From Thermoplasmata archaeon (GTDB taxonomy: Archaea; Thermoplasmatota; Thermoplasmata; UBA10834), in assembly GCA_041559015.1 (NCBI GenBank), contig JBFFED010000005.1:2577-66576 (forward strand): DNA of 64,000 nt, read 5' to 3'. Shown in pieces: positions 25,954-35,143 of this stretch (position 1 is its first letter; each line of letters opens with the position of its first letter). The notes under the pieces are model-generated. The model was given only the letters and a program-made list of their open reading frames with translations. It did no database searches and was not told where the DNA came from. Both the position numbers and the translations under genes were made by a program.

Positions 25954-27825
25954 ATGGCAGAGACCAACAAGGACGTCAAGACGGAGGAGCCGAGAGTCGG
26001 CGTCTTCATTTGCCACTGTGGATCGAACATCGGGGGATTCGTCGATGTCAAGGCGGTGACGGAGTATGCCAAGACACTTCCTGGGGTAGCATACGCCACC
26101 GACAACCTCTACACATGCGCCGAAGATGGCCTCGCCTCCATCAGAGCAGGGATCAAGGAACACAACCTGAACAGGGTAGTGGTTTCGAGTTGCACTCCTC
26201 GAACCCATGCTCCGCTGTTCCAGGGAACCTGCGAGTCGGCAGGTCTGAACAAGTACCTGTTCACGTTCGTGAACATCAGAGAGCATTGCTCCTGGGTGCA
26301 CATGAAGGAACGAGACAAGGCGACCAGGAAGGCAAAAGACCTCGTCCGGATGGGAGTCGCAAGGGCGAGGCTGCTGCAACCTCAGATTGAGACGAAGGTC
26401 GAAGTCACGCCCGTCGGACTCGTGATAGGAGGGGGCGTTTCTGGCATGACCGCGGCCCTGTCGCTGGCCGACATGGGGTTCACCGTGCATCTCGTGGAGA
26501 GCGAGGCGAATCTCGGCGGACTTGTCAAGGACCTCCACAGCCTTACGCTGACAAGCAAGAGCGCTTCCGACACGATCAGTCCACTGATTGAGAAGGTCAA
26601 GGCTAGCAAGAACATCGTGCTTCATCTGAGTTCCCAGGTCAAGTCGGTCGAGGGGTTCATAGGCAACTACGACATCGTCATCGCGAGCAAGGACGGCAAG
26701 GAGAGCGAGTCGAAGGTCGGCACGATAATCGTCGCCACCGGGGCTCAGGCCCTGATTCCGGAAGGGCTGTTCGGCTACAAGGAATGCCCGAATGTCGTGA
26801 CGCTTACCGAGTTCGAAGAGCTGGCGAGGAAGAGGGCACTTCCGAAACCCCTGAAGAACATCGCCTTCATACAATGTGTCGGCGCACGAGGACAGAAGGT
26901 TACGTACTGCTCAAGGATCTGCTGTAATGTGGCCATAAAGAGCGCGGTCAATCTCACGGACAATGTCGACAACATCCTTGGGGTGGCTGAAGAGAAGGGC
27001 GAAGTTGTCGAGGCGGCGCCCGCAGAGGAGAAGAAGGTGGCGCCGGAAGAAGGTACGGAACGCAGACGGAGAAGGCGCGGCCGAGACGAAGAGGGACCTT
27101 CCTCGGAGGCGAGGGCTGCCCCGTCCGGAAGAGTGGACATCACTGTATTCAACCGGGACGTCATGGCCTACGGGATCGAGCACGAGCTCGACTACAACAA
27201 GGCCAGGGAGAAGAGAGTCAAGTTCGTCAGGTATCTCCCCGAGAATGCGCCAAAGGTCTTTATGGATGGCGACAAGCTTACAGTCGGGTACTTCCATGAG
27301 ACTCTGAAGATCGAGAGGACCATGCAGGCCGACATGGTTGTCCTGGCAACACCGCTGGTCTCTCGGCCTGATGCCCCGCGGCTCTCGCAGATGCTGAAGG
27401 TGCCCATCGGACAAGAAGGGTTCTTCCAAGAGGCACATGTGAAGCTCAGACCTGTCGATTTCGCGACGGACGGCATCTACGTGTGCGGAACTTGCAGGGG
27501 CCCGGCAGACATACCAGAGTCCGTGTATCAGGCAGCTGCTGCAGCATCAAGGGCCGCCATACCAATGGCGAAGGGATACGTCCAGGCAGAGGCCCTGACG
27601 CCCGCAGTGGATGAAACGAAATGCACGGGATGCGGAACATGCATCGAAGTCTGCCCTTACGGCGCGCTGAGAAAGAACGACAAGGGCATATGCGAAGTAA
27701 TAGTGGCAGCCTGCAAGGGCTGCGGCTGTTGTGGCGCGACCTGTCCGGAAGCGGCCATAGCGATGACGCACTATTCGGATGCGCAGCTGCTTGCTGAGGC
27801 CAAGGCAGCTCTGGAGGAGGTGTGA
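25954..27825 (+). CDS. HdrA-like protein (unit-2 type): N-domain Cys module, degenerate FAD domain, C-terminal ferredoxin
   Basis: 623 aa. PRVGVFICHCGSN, LVIGGGVSGMTAALSLA, IAFIQCVGARG...CSRICC, CTGCGTCIEVCP / CKGCGCCGATCP. Same frame as the upstream gene, separated only by three TGA codons. Confidence 0.85.
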   Translation: MAETNKDVKTEEPRVGVFICHCGSNIGGFVDVKAVTEYAKTLPGVAYATDNLYTCAEDGLASIRAGIKEHNLNRVVVSSCTPRTHAPLFQGTCESAGLNKYLFTFVNIREHCSWVHMKERDKATRKAKDLVRMGVARARLLQPQIETKVEVTPVGLVIGGGVSGMTAALSLADMGFTVHLVESEANLGGLVKDLHSLTLTSKSASDTISPLIEKVKASKNIVLHLSSQVKSVEGFIGNYDIVIASKDGKESESKVGTIIVATGAQALIPEGLFGYKECPNVVTLTEFEELARKRALPKPLKNIAFIQCVGARGQKVTYCSRICCNVAIKSAVNLTDNVDNILGVAEEKGEVVEAAPAEEKKVAPEEGTERRRRRRGRDEEGPSSEARAAPSGRVDITVFNRDVMAYGIEHELDYNKAREKRVKFVRYLPENAPKVFMDGDKLTVGYFHETLKIERTMQADMVVLATPLVSRPDAPRLSQMLKVPIGQEGFFQEAHVKLRPVDFATDGIYVCGTCRGPADIPESVYQAAAAASRAAIPMAKGYVQAEALTPAVDETKCTGCGTCIEVCPYGALRKNDKGICEVIVAACKGCGCCGATCPEAAIAMTHYSDAQLLAEAKAALEEV

Positions 27826-27828
27826 GAA

Positions 27829-28650
27829 GTGACCGACAAGCATGCCACACACAGCAGTTCTGACGCTGCCGCGAAGGGCGAATGGGAGCCGAAGGTGATA
27901 GGGTTTCTGTGCAATTGGTGCTCATACGCGGGGGCGGACCTCTGCGGCGTGAGCCGATTCCAGTATCCGACGGACATACGCCTGATCAGGGTCATGTGTT
28001 CCACTCGAATCAGCCCGCACCTTGTGCTGAACCTGTTCGAGGCGGGAGCCGACGGGATCCTCATAGGCGGATGCCACCTGAACGACTGCCATTACATATC
28101 AGGCAACTTCCACACGGAGAAACGCGCAAGACTCATGAACAAGCTGCTGGAAATGACCGGAATAGAGCCGAAGAGACTGAGGCTCGAGTGGGTCTCGGCC
28201 TCCGAGGGTGAGAAGTTCTCCAAGGTCGTCACCGAATTCACCGACACTGTCAAGAAGCTCGGGCCCAGCAAGGTCGGGAAAGATGATCTCCTGAGGGCGA
28301 AGGCGACCGCCGCCGACGAGGCATCTGAGACCTTCAGAATCAAGGCCCTTGTTGGAAAGGAGTTGAATCTGGAGACAAAGGGCAATGTATACGGTGACAC
28401 ACGGAGCAAGGATGACCTCGAGAAGATCGTGGACAAGTCGGCTGAGGAAGAGTTCGAGAGAAGTCTCATAATTGAGCTCTCGAGGCAGCAGCCAAGATCC
28501 GTAAAAGATCTCAGCAAGATAATGGGCGTTCCAGCAGATCAGGTCCTGCGGCATATCGTTGTGCTGAGGCAGAGGAACCTGATCTCGATGGACCACCCGG
28601 AAGGATTCACGCCAACATACAGGGCAATTGAGATAGGAGGTGAGCAGTGA
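27829..28650 (+). CDS. MvhD-domain protein with a C-terminal winged-helix-like extension
   Basis: 273 aa, GTG start 3 nt after the upstream stop. VIGFLCNWCSYAGADLCG...GGCHLNDCHY. The last ~120 aa end in an HTH-like segment (RSVKDLSKIMGVPADQVLRHIVVLRQRNLI). Confidence 0.8.
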   Translation: MTDKHATHSSSDAAAKGEWEPKVIGFLCNWCSYAGADLCGVSRFQYPTDIRLIRVMCSTRISPHLVLNLFEAGADGILIGGCHLNDCHYISGNFHTEKRARLMNKLLEMTGIEPKRLRLEWVSASEGEKFSKVVTEFTDTVKKLGPSKVGKDDLLRAKATAADEASETFRIKALVGKELNLETKGNVYGDTRSKDDLEKIVDKSAEEEFERSLIIELSRQQPRSVKDLSKIMGVPADQVLRHIVVLRQRNLISMDHPEGFTPTYRAIEIGGEQ

Positions 28651-31600
28651 TGGCTGCTACGGACACGATAGGCGCGGTTATGGTCGTTGGAGGAGGCATA
28701 TCGGGCATGCAGTCCGCCCTCGATCTGGCAGATTCGGGGTACAAGGTATACCTCATCGAGAAGCAGCCGAGCATCGGTGGCACCATGGCCCAGCTGGACA
28801 AGACTTTCCCCACGAACGACTGCGCGATGTGCATCATGGCGCCCAAGCTCGTTTCCACGGGCAGGCACCACAACATCGAGCTTGTGACGAATGCAGACGT
28901 CGCATCTGTCGAAGGTGAGGCCGGGAACTTCAAGGTGACCGTCAAGCAGAGGGCTTTCAGGGTCGATCCCACCAAGTGTACTGGATGCGGCAGCTGCGCG
29001 CAGAAGTGTCCCATCGAGACCGACGACGAGTACAATGAGGGGACCAAGGTCAGGAAGGCGATATATGTGCGTTATCCACAGGCTGTTCCACTCGTGTATT
29101 CGATCGACCTCGACAAGTGCATAGGCTGCGGGATATGCTCGGAGGAATGCAAGGCCAAGGCCGTCGTCTACGACCAGAAGGAGAAGACCATGGAGATCAG
29201 GGTCGGCTCGATAATCGTCTCTCCTGGCTTCGACGAGTTCAATGCGAGGCTCAAGGGGGAGTACGGTTACGGCGTCTACAAGAACGTCGTATCCAGCATC
29301 GAGTTCGAGAGGATGCTCTCGGCGACAGGTCCGTACTTCGGCACTGTGATGAGACCTTCTGACGGCGACATCCCGGAGAAGATAGCATTCATACAATGCG
29401 TCGGATCAAGGGACGAGCACGTCGGCCACGAGTACTGCTCAAGCGTTTGCTGCATGTACTCCATCAAGGAGGCCGTCATAGCGAAGGAGCATGGAGGGAA
29501 CATCAAGCCAACCATCTTCTTCATGGACATGCGGGCATTCGGGAAGGAGTTCGACGAGTACTACAACCGGGCTCAGAACGAATATGGCATCAGGTTCATC
29601 AGGTCGAGGGCAGCCGGCATCACAGAGGACCCGAAGACGAAGAACCTCAAGGTGAAGTACACCGATGGTGGAGAGCCAAAGGAAGAGGAGTTCGGCCTCG
29701 TCGTGCTTGCTGTGGGTCTCGCACCTCCTGCGGATTCGGAGAGCCTGAGCAAGGCGATGAAGTTCGGGCTGAACGACGACGGTTTCGCTCAGACGAATGT
29801 GTTCTCTCCTCTCGACACCTCGAGGCCTGGGATATTCGTCAGTGGCGCTTTCTCGTCACCCAAGGACATCCCGATGACCGTCGCCGAGGCGTCTGGCGCG
29901 GCGGCGAAAGCGTCGACACAGATCGCGAGCGCGAGGAACACGCTCGTCACCAAGAAGGAGTACCCGGCCGAGATCAGCGTCGAGGGGCAGGAACCCCGGA
30001 TAGGAGTGTTCGTCTGCCACTGCGGCATCAACATAGGAGGCGTCGTGAAGGTACCCGAGGTCATGGAGTACGCCAAGACGCTCCCGAATGTGGTGTACGC
30101 AGAGCAGAATCTGTACACCTGCTCCCAGGACACACAGGAGAAGATCAAGGAGAAGGTGAAGGAGCTCAAGCTGAACAGGGTGATAGTTGCCTCCTGCACG
30201 CCGAGGACGCACGAGCCGTTGTTCCAGAATACCATCAGGGAGGCCGGACTCAACGCCTACCTGTTCGAGATGGCCAATATCAGAGACCAATGCTCGTGGA
30301 TACACATGCACGAGCCCAAGGCCGCCACGAAGAAAGCCAAGGACCTCGTCAGAATGGCGGCAGCTAAAGCAAGGCTTCTGGAACCTCTGGAGAACCTGAC
30401 GCTCAAGGTGAACCAGACTGGGCTGGTTGTCGGAGGAGGTGTGGCGGGGATGATGGCGGCACTTGAGATCGCGAAACAGGGTTTCAAGGTGCACCTGGTC
30501 GAGAGAGAGAAGGAGCTCGGAGGGAACGCGCTCAAGCTGCACTACTTGCCATCTGGAGATGACCCGACCGCGTTCGTGAAGGACCTGGAGAAGCAGGTCA
30601 CATCGAATCCGAACATAACGGTCCACAAGGGCGCGAAGATACTGAGCATCGACGGCTATGTCGGCAATTTCAAGACGAAGCTCGGCGACGGCAAGGAGCT
30701 GGAGCATGGAGTGGTCATCCTCGCGATTGGAGGACTGGAGTACAAGCCCGAGGGCGAGTACCTCTACGGCAAGAACAAGCAGGTGACGACCCTGCTCGAG
30801 TTCAAGGAGCAGCTCCACAAGGGCCACGCCAAGGGCAACGAGTATGTATTCATCCAGTGTGTCGGCTCCAGAGAGGAAGGACATCCCAACTGCTCAAGGG
30901 TATGCTGCACGGGCACGATGACAGCGGCGATAGAGATCAAGAAGCGCGACCCGAAAGCGAAGGTCTTCGTCCTTTACAGGGACATCAGGACCTACGGCTT
31001 CAGAGAGAAGTACTACAAGGAGGCAGCCAGGCTCGGAGTGACCTTCATAAGATTCGACGACGCCGTCAAGCCGAAGGTGGAGGATAAGGGCGGGAAGATC
31101 ACAGTGCATGTGAAGGATGAGGACACTGGCAAGGATGTGGTCCTGAAGCCGGACCACCTCGTACTGGCGACAGGCACCAGGGCACAGCCGGACGCTGGGG
31201 CACTCGCTCCGATGTGCAAGGTGCCCCAGACGAAGGAGGGTTTCTTCCTTGAGGCGCACATGAAACTGCGGCCGGTGGACTTCGCAACCGATGGTATATT
31301 CCTCGCAGGGTTGGCACACGGCCCCAAGTTCATTGACGAGAGCATCTCCCAGGCTCTGGGTGCAGTCGCAAGAGCGGGGACAATCCTGTCCAAGACCGAG
31401 CTGGAGGCTGAGGGGATAGTGGCCAAGATCGACGAAACCTTCTGCGATGGATGCGGGATATGTGTCCCGGTCTGCGAGTACAAGGCGCTCGAGGTCATCC
31501 CTGACAAGAAGGATCCGGAGAAGAAGCTCGTGGAGGTCAATGTAGGGCTCTGCAAGGGCTGCGGCGCGTGTGTGGGCACGTGCCCGTCCGGTGCCCTGAC

Positions 31601-31697
31601 GCAGATGGGCTACAAGGACGAGCAGATATACGCGATGATAGATGCCATGCTTGAAGAGGAGCATCCCGGGCAGGAGGTGAAGCAGAATGAGCACTGA
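28647..31697 (+). CDS. Tandem (double) HdrA-like flavoprotein, paralogue of 18360..21392
   Basis: 1016 aa, collinear with the 1010-aa protein. VVGGGISGMQSALDLA, TFPTNDCAMC, PRIGVFVCHCGIN, LVVGGGVAGMMAALEIA, CDGCGICVPVCE / CKGCGACVGTCP. Confidence 0.85.
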   Translation: MMAATDTIGAVMVVGGGISGMQSALDLADSGYKVYLIEKQPSIGGTMAQLDKTFPTNDCAMCIMAPKLVSTGRHHNIELVTNADVASVEGEAGNFKVTVKQRAFRVDPTKCTGCGSCAQKCPIETDDEYNEGTKVRKAIYVRYPQAVPLVYSIDLDKCIGCGICSEECKAKAVVYDQKEKTMEIRVGSIIVSPGFDEFNARLKGEYGYGVYKNVVSSIEFERMLSATGPYFGTVMRPSDGDIPEKIAFIQCVGSRDEHVGHEYCSSVCCMYSIKEAVIAKEHGGNIKPTIFFMDMRAFGKEFDEYYNRAQNEYGIRFIRSRAAGITEDPKTKNLKVKYTDGGEPKEEEFGLVVLAVGLAPPADSESLSKAMKFGLNDDGFAQTNVFSPLDTSRPGIFVSGAFSSPKDIPMTVAEASGAAAKASTQIASARNTLVTKKEYPAEISVEGQEPRIGVFVCHCGINIGGVVKVPEVMEYAKTLPNVVYAEQNLYTCSQDTQEKIKEKVKELKLNRVIVASCTPRTHEPLFQNTIREAGLNAYLFEMANIRDQCSWIHMHEPKAATKKAKDLVRMAAAKARLLEPLENLTLKVNQTGLVVGGGVAGMMAALEIAKQGFKVHLVEREKELGGNALKLHYLPSGDDPTAFVKDLEKQVTSNPNITVHKGAKILSIDGYVGNFKTKLGDGKELEHGVVILAIGGLEYKPEGEYLYGKNKQVTTLLEFKEQLHKGHAKGNEYVFIQCVGSREEGHPNCSRVCCTGTMTAAIEIKKRDPKAKVFVLYRDIRTYGFREKYYKEAARLGVTFIRFDDAVKPKVEDKGGKITVHVKDEDTGKDVVLKPDHLVLATGTRAQPDAGALAPMCKVPQTKEGFFLEAHMKLRPVDFATDGIFLAGLAHGPKFIDESISQALGAVARAGTILSKTELEAEGIVAKIDETFCDGCGICVPVCEYKALEVIPDKKDPEKKLVEVNVGLCKGCGACVGTCPSGALTQMGYKDEQIYAMIDAMLEEEHPGQEVKQNEH

Positions 31698-32145
31698 GAT
31701 CGCACAGACGTCCACCCCGGATGAGGAGGGGGGCAAGTTCGATCCGAAATTGCTGGTGTTCTGCTGCAACTGGTGCTCTTACGCGGGGGCAGACCTCGCG
31801 GGAGTCAGCAGGCTGCAGATGCCCCCGTACTTCAGGGTAATCAGGGTAATGTGCTCCGCCAGAGTGGACCCTGAATTCATTCTGAGGGCGTTCCAGAAGG
31901 GGGTGGATGGGGTCCTGGTGGCGGGCTGCCATCCAGCGGACTGCCACTACATCGGAGGCAACTACAGGACTCGCAGGAGGATTGCCCTGCTGAAGATGCT
32001 CATCCAGCAGTTCGGATTCGACCCCGACAGACTGAAGCTGGAGTGGGTGTCAGCAGGCGAAGGCGAGAAGTTCCAGAAGACCATCGTCGAGTTCACCAAT
32101 ACTGTCAAGGAACTAGGGGCCTCGCCCTTCCGAGGTGGTGTATGA
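31687..32145 (+). CDS. mvhD: MvhD/FlpD-family iron-sulfur protein
   Basis: 152 aa. LLVFCCNWCSYAGADLAG...VAGCHPADCHY. Overlaps the upstream stop by 11 nt. Confidence 0.9.
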   Translation: MSTEIAQTSTPDEEGGKFDPKLLVFCCNWCSYAGADLAGVSRLQMPPYFRVIRVMCSARVDPEFILRAFQKGVDGVLVAGCHPADCHYIGGNYRTRRRIALLKMLIQQFGFDPDRLKLEWVSAGEGEKFQKTIVEFTNTVKELGASPFRGGV

Positions 32146-32518
32146 TATGTCCTTGAGGGAGGCCAGGGTGCGAGCGGCCCTTAGGACACTCGAGGGCGAG
32201 AGAGTCAGGTGGCTCCTGGGCAAGAAGGGGTCGCTGACATCGACCGGCAATGTCTTCGGCGAGGTGATCACCGAGCCGAGGTATGACTTCATAGTCCAGA
32301 AGGCTGCCGCAATCGAGCTCGAGAGGAACCTACTGCTCCAGGAGATGGAGGAAGGGTCGAGGACCGTCCACGAGCTGCACAGAGCCACGGGCATCGCGAA
32401 GCCCGAGATTGTGAGGCACGTGATCGCGCTCAAGAGGTGGAGGCTGGTAGAGCAGGTGGGCACCAAGGGCCAGTCGCCACAGTACATGGCCGCACCGAGG
32501 AAGAAAGAGGTGAACTGA
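32135..32518 (+). CDS. Small winged-helix-like protein homologous to the C-terminal extension of the 27829..28650 protein
   Basis: 127 aa (GTG 32135/32138 or ATG 32147). TGNVFGE... and RTVHELHRATGIAKPEIVRHVIALKRWRLV align by eye with KGNVYGD... and RSVKDLSKIMGVPADQVLRHIVVLRQRNLI. Overlaps the mvhD stop and ends 2 nt before mvhG. Confidence 0.65.
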   Translation: MVYDMSLREARVRAALRTLEGERVRWLLGKKGSLTSTGNVFGEVITEPRYDFIVQKAAAIELERNLLLQEMEEGSRTVHELHRATGIAKPEIVRHVIALKRWRLVEQVGTKGQSPQYMAAPRKKEVN

Positions 32519-32520
32519 AC

Positions 32521-33537
32521 ATGGCAGATAAGATCAAGATAGCACAATACTGGGGAGCTGGTTGCGGAGGCTGCGACGTCGCTCTCCTGGACATAGATGC
32601 GAAGATACTGGACGTGCACGCGATCGCGGAGGTCGTCTTCTGGCCGATAGGCTTCGACGGGAAGATCAAGGACATCGAGGCGATGCCAGACAAGTCGATT
32701 ACGGTCAGCTTCTACAACGGGGCGATAAGGAATAGCGAGAACGAACACATAGCCAAGCTCTTGAGGCAGAAGTCGGTCATCATGATCTCATTCGGGTCGT
32801 GCGCGTGCTTCGGGGGCACGCCCGGACTCGCGAACGTGACGAACAGGAAAGAGGTGTTCGATACAGTCTACAGGCAGACGCAATCCACGGACAACCCGAA
32901 TGGCGTGATGCCGCAGACCCACATCAAGGTGAAAGAAGGCGAGCTCGATCTGCCGGAGTTCTACGACACCGTCAAGACGCTGGACGAGGTCGTGGATGTC
33001 GACTACTTCATGCCAGGGTGCCCGCCAACAGTCAACCTGATTGCCATGGCGGTGGATGCCGTGGCGCAGCACGTCACGAAGGGCGCGCCACTCCCACCCA
33101 AGGGGACCATCATAGCCTCGGACAAGACCCTGTGCGACGAGTGCAACAGAGAGAGGGTGGAGAAGAACCGGAGGATCGAGAGGATCTACCAAGCTTATGA
33201 GATCACGCCAGACCCGAAGAAGTGTCTCCTAGACCAGGGGATCATATGCATCGGGCCTGCCACGAGAGCTGGGTGCGGCGCGATGTGCCCGAACGCACAG
33301 ATGCCCTGCAGGGGCTGCATGGGTCCGACCAGGGCAGTCATGGAGCAGGGTGCGAGCATGCTGAGCGCCGTCTCCTCGCTGCTGAACATCACGGATTCGG
33401 AGTCAAAGCTAAGTGAGGAGCAGATAATGGAACTGATGATGCAGGTCAAGGACCCGCTAGGCACGTTCTATGCATTCACGCTGCCGAAGTCCGCGCTCAA
33501 GCGGGTTGTGACCGAGAAGAAGAAGAGGAAGGGGTGA
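32521..33537 (+). CDS. mvhG: [NiFe] hydrogenase small subunit, F420-non-reducing (Mvh) type
   Basis: From ATG 32521: WGAGCGGCDVALLD, FGSCACFGG, MPGCPP, and a distal cluster region CDECNRE...GPATRAGCGAMCPNAQMPCRGCMGP. Confidence 0.9.
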   Translation: MADKIKIAQYWGAGCGGCDVALLDIDAKILDVHAIAEVVFWPIGFDGKIKDIEAMPDKSITVSFYNGAIRNSENEHIAKLLRQKSVIMISFGSCACFGGTPGLANVTNRKEVFDTVYRQTQSTDNPNGVMPQTHIKVKEGELDLPEFYDTVKTLDEVVDVDYFMPGCPPTVNLIAMAVDAVAQHVTKGAPLPPKGTIIASDKTLCDECNRERVEKNRRIERIYQAYEITPDPKKCLLDQGIICIGPATRAGCGAMCPNAQMPCRGCMGPTRAVMEQGASMLSAVSSLLNITDSESKLSEEQIMELMMQVKDPLGTFYAFTLPKSALKRVVTEKKKRKG

Positions 33538-33543
33538 TCAATA

Positions 33544-35058
33544 ATGGCCGGACCTATCATCAACGACACACCGACTAAGACGAAGGAAAAGAAGATCACT
33601 ATCGACCCCATCACGAGGCTTGAGGGGCACGGTAAAATCGTGATATTCCTGAACGACCAGGGGAACGTCGAGAACGCGTACCTCCAGGTGCCGGAGCTGA
33701 GAGGCTTCGAGAGGTTCTGCATCGGAAGGCACGTGATGGAGCTGCCGGTGCTCACGAACAGGCTATGCGGAGTCTGCCCCGCGGCACACCATATCGCCTC
33801 GATGAAGACCCTGGACGCGGTGTTCAGCGCCACACCGACAGAGACGGCAAAGAAGATCCGCGAGCTCTTCTACATGGGCCAGTACGTCCACAGCCACATA
33901 GCGCACTTCTACGCGCTCGCGGCACCGGACTTCGTGCTGGGACCATCGGCCCCTGCGAACAAGCGCAACGTGCTGGGGGTTGTCGACGCCGTCGGAGTGC
34001 CCATAGGCGCCGAGGTCATAAAGCACAGGTCTTACGGTCAGAAGGTGCAGGAAATCACAGGCGGAAGGGCGACGCACCCAGTGTTCGGCCTCCCTGGAGG
34101 AGTGTCCAAACAGATTTCAGAGGAGGAGAGGGCCCAGATAGAGGAGATGGCGAAATCGTGCGTCGAGTTCGGCAAGTTCACCATCAAGTTGTTCCACGAC
34201 CTCGTCCTCGGGAACAAGGACTACATGTCCCTCGTCCTCAACAAAGACGCGTACTACCTCGACACGTACTACATGGGCATGGTCGACAAGGACAACAAGA
34301 CGAACTTCTACGATGGGGACATAAGAGTCGTCGACCAGGAGGGCAAGGAGGTCGAGAGGTTCAAGCCGGACCAGTACCTGGACGTCATCGCCGAGCACGT
34401 CGAGCCCTGGACCTACATGAAAATGCCCTTTCTCAAGAAGGTCGGCTGGAAGGGGTTCACCACCGGGAAGCAGAGCGGCATATACCGAGTCGGCCCGTTG
34501 GGCAGAATCAACGTGTGCGGTGGCTACACCACTCCTCTCGCACAGAAGGAGTATGAGTTCCTCGCGAAGACCGTCAAGGACCTGGGCGTCACGGGGCCCG
34601 TGCATTTCACACTTGCGTACCATTGGGCGCGGGCAATCGAGCTACAGTACGCCGCCGAGAGGATGCTCGAGCTGGCGAGTGACAAGAAGCTCACGAGCGA
34701 CGACATCAGGGGACCCATTGGGCAGCCCAAAGAGGGCGTCGGCATCTGCGAGGCGCCGAGGGGTACGCTGATACACCACTACGCCTCTGATAAGGACGGC
34801 CTCTGCACCAAGATCAACATGATAGTGGCCTCGACGAACAACTATGCGGCGAGCAACACGAGCGTCAAGCAGGCTGCAACCGCCCTCATCAAGAACTGGG
34901 AGGTCTCGCCCGGACTGCTGAACAAGGTGGAGATGGCCTTCAGGTGCTACGACCCATGCCATTCGTGCGGGACGCACTCGCTGAACGGCGGGCCAGCGCT
35001 GGAGGTCACGATAAAGCGCAGAGACGGTTCTGTCCTGACCAAGCTGAGAAACTTCTGA
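33544..35058 (+). CDS. mvhA: [NiFe] hydrogenase large subunit, Mvh type
   Basis: 504 aa. N-terminal ligand motif RLCGVCPAAH. C-terminal DPCHSCGTH followed by a 26-aa extension, the expected protease substrate. Confidence 0.92.
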   Translation: MAGPIINDTPTKTKEKKITIDPITRLEGHGKIVIFLNDQGNVENAYLQVPELRGFERFCIGRHVMELPVLTNRLCGVCPAAHHIASMKTLDAVFSATPTETAKKIRELFYMGQYVHSHIAHFYALAAPDFVLGPSAPANKRNVLGVVDAVGVPIGAEVIKHRSYGQKVQEITGGRATHPVFGLPGGVSKQISEEERAQIEEMAKSCVEFGKFTIKLFHDLVLGNKDYMSLVLNKDAYYLDTYYMGMVDKDNKTNFYDGDIRVVDQEGKEVERFKPDQYLDVIAEHVEPWTYMKMPFLKKVGWKGFTTGKQSGIYRVGPLGRINVCGGYTTPLAQKEYEFLAKTVKDLGVTGPVHFTLAYHWARAIELQYAAERMLELASDKKLTSDDIRGPIGQPKEGVGICEAPRGTLIHHYASDKDGLCTKINMIVASTNNYAASNTSVKQAATALIKNWEVSPGLLNKVEMAFRCYDPCHSCGTHSLNGGPALEVTIKRRDGSVLTKLRNF

Positions 35059-35143
35059 ACACTTTCGGTGAGGAGGGGGGACCTCCCCCTCATGACGCCT
35101 CTTCTCCTCTAGTCCTAACACAGGCATCTGGTTGAGAGAAACG

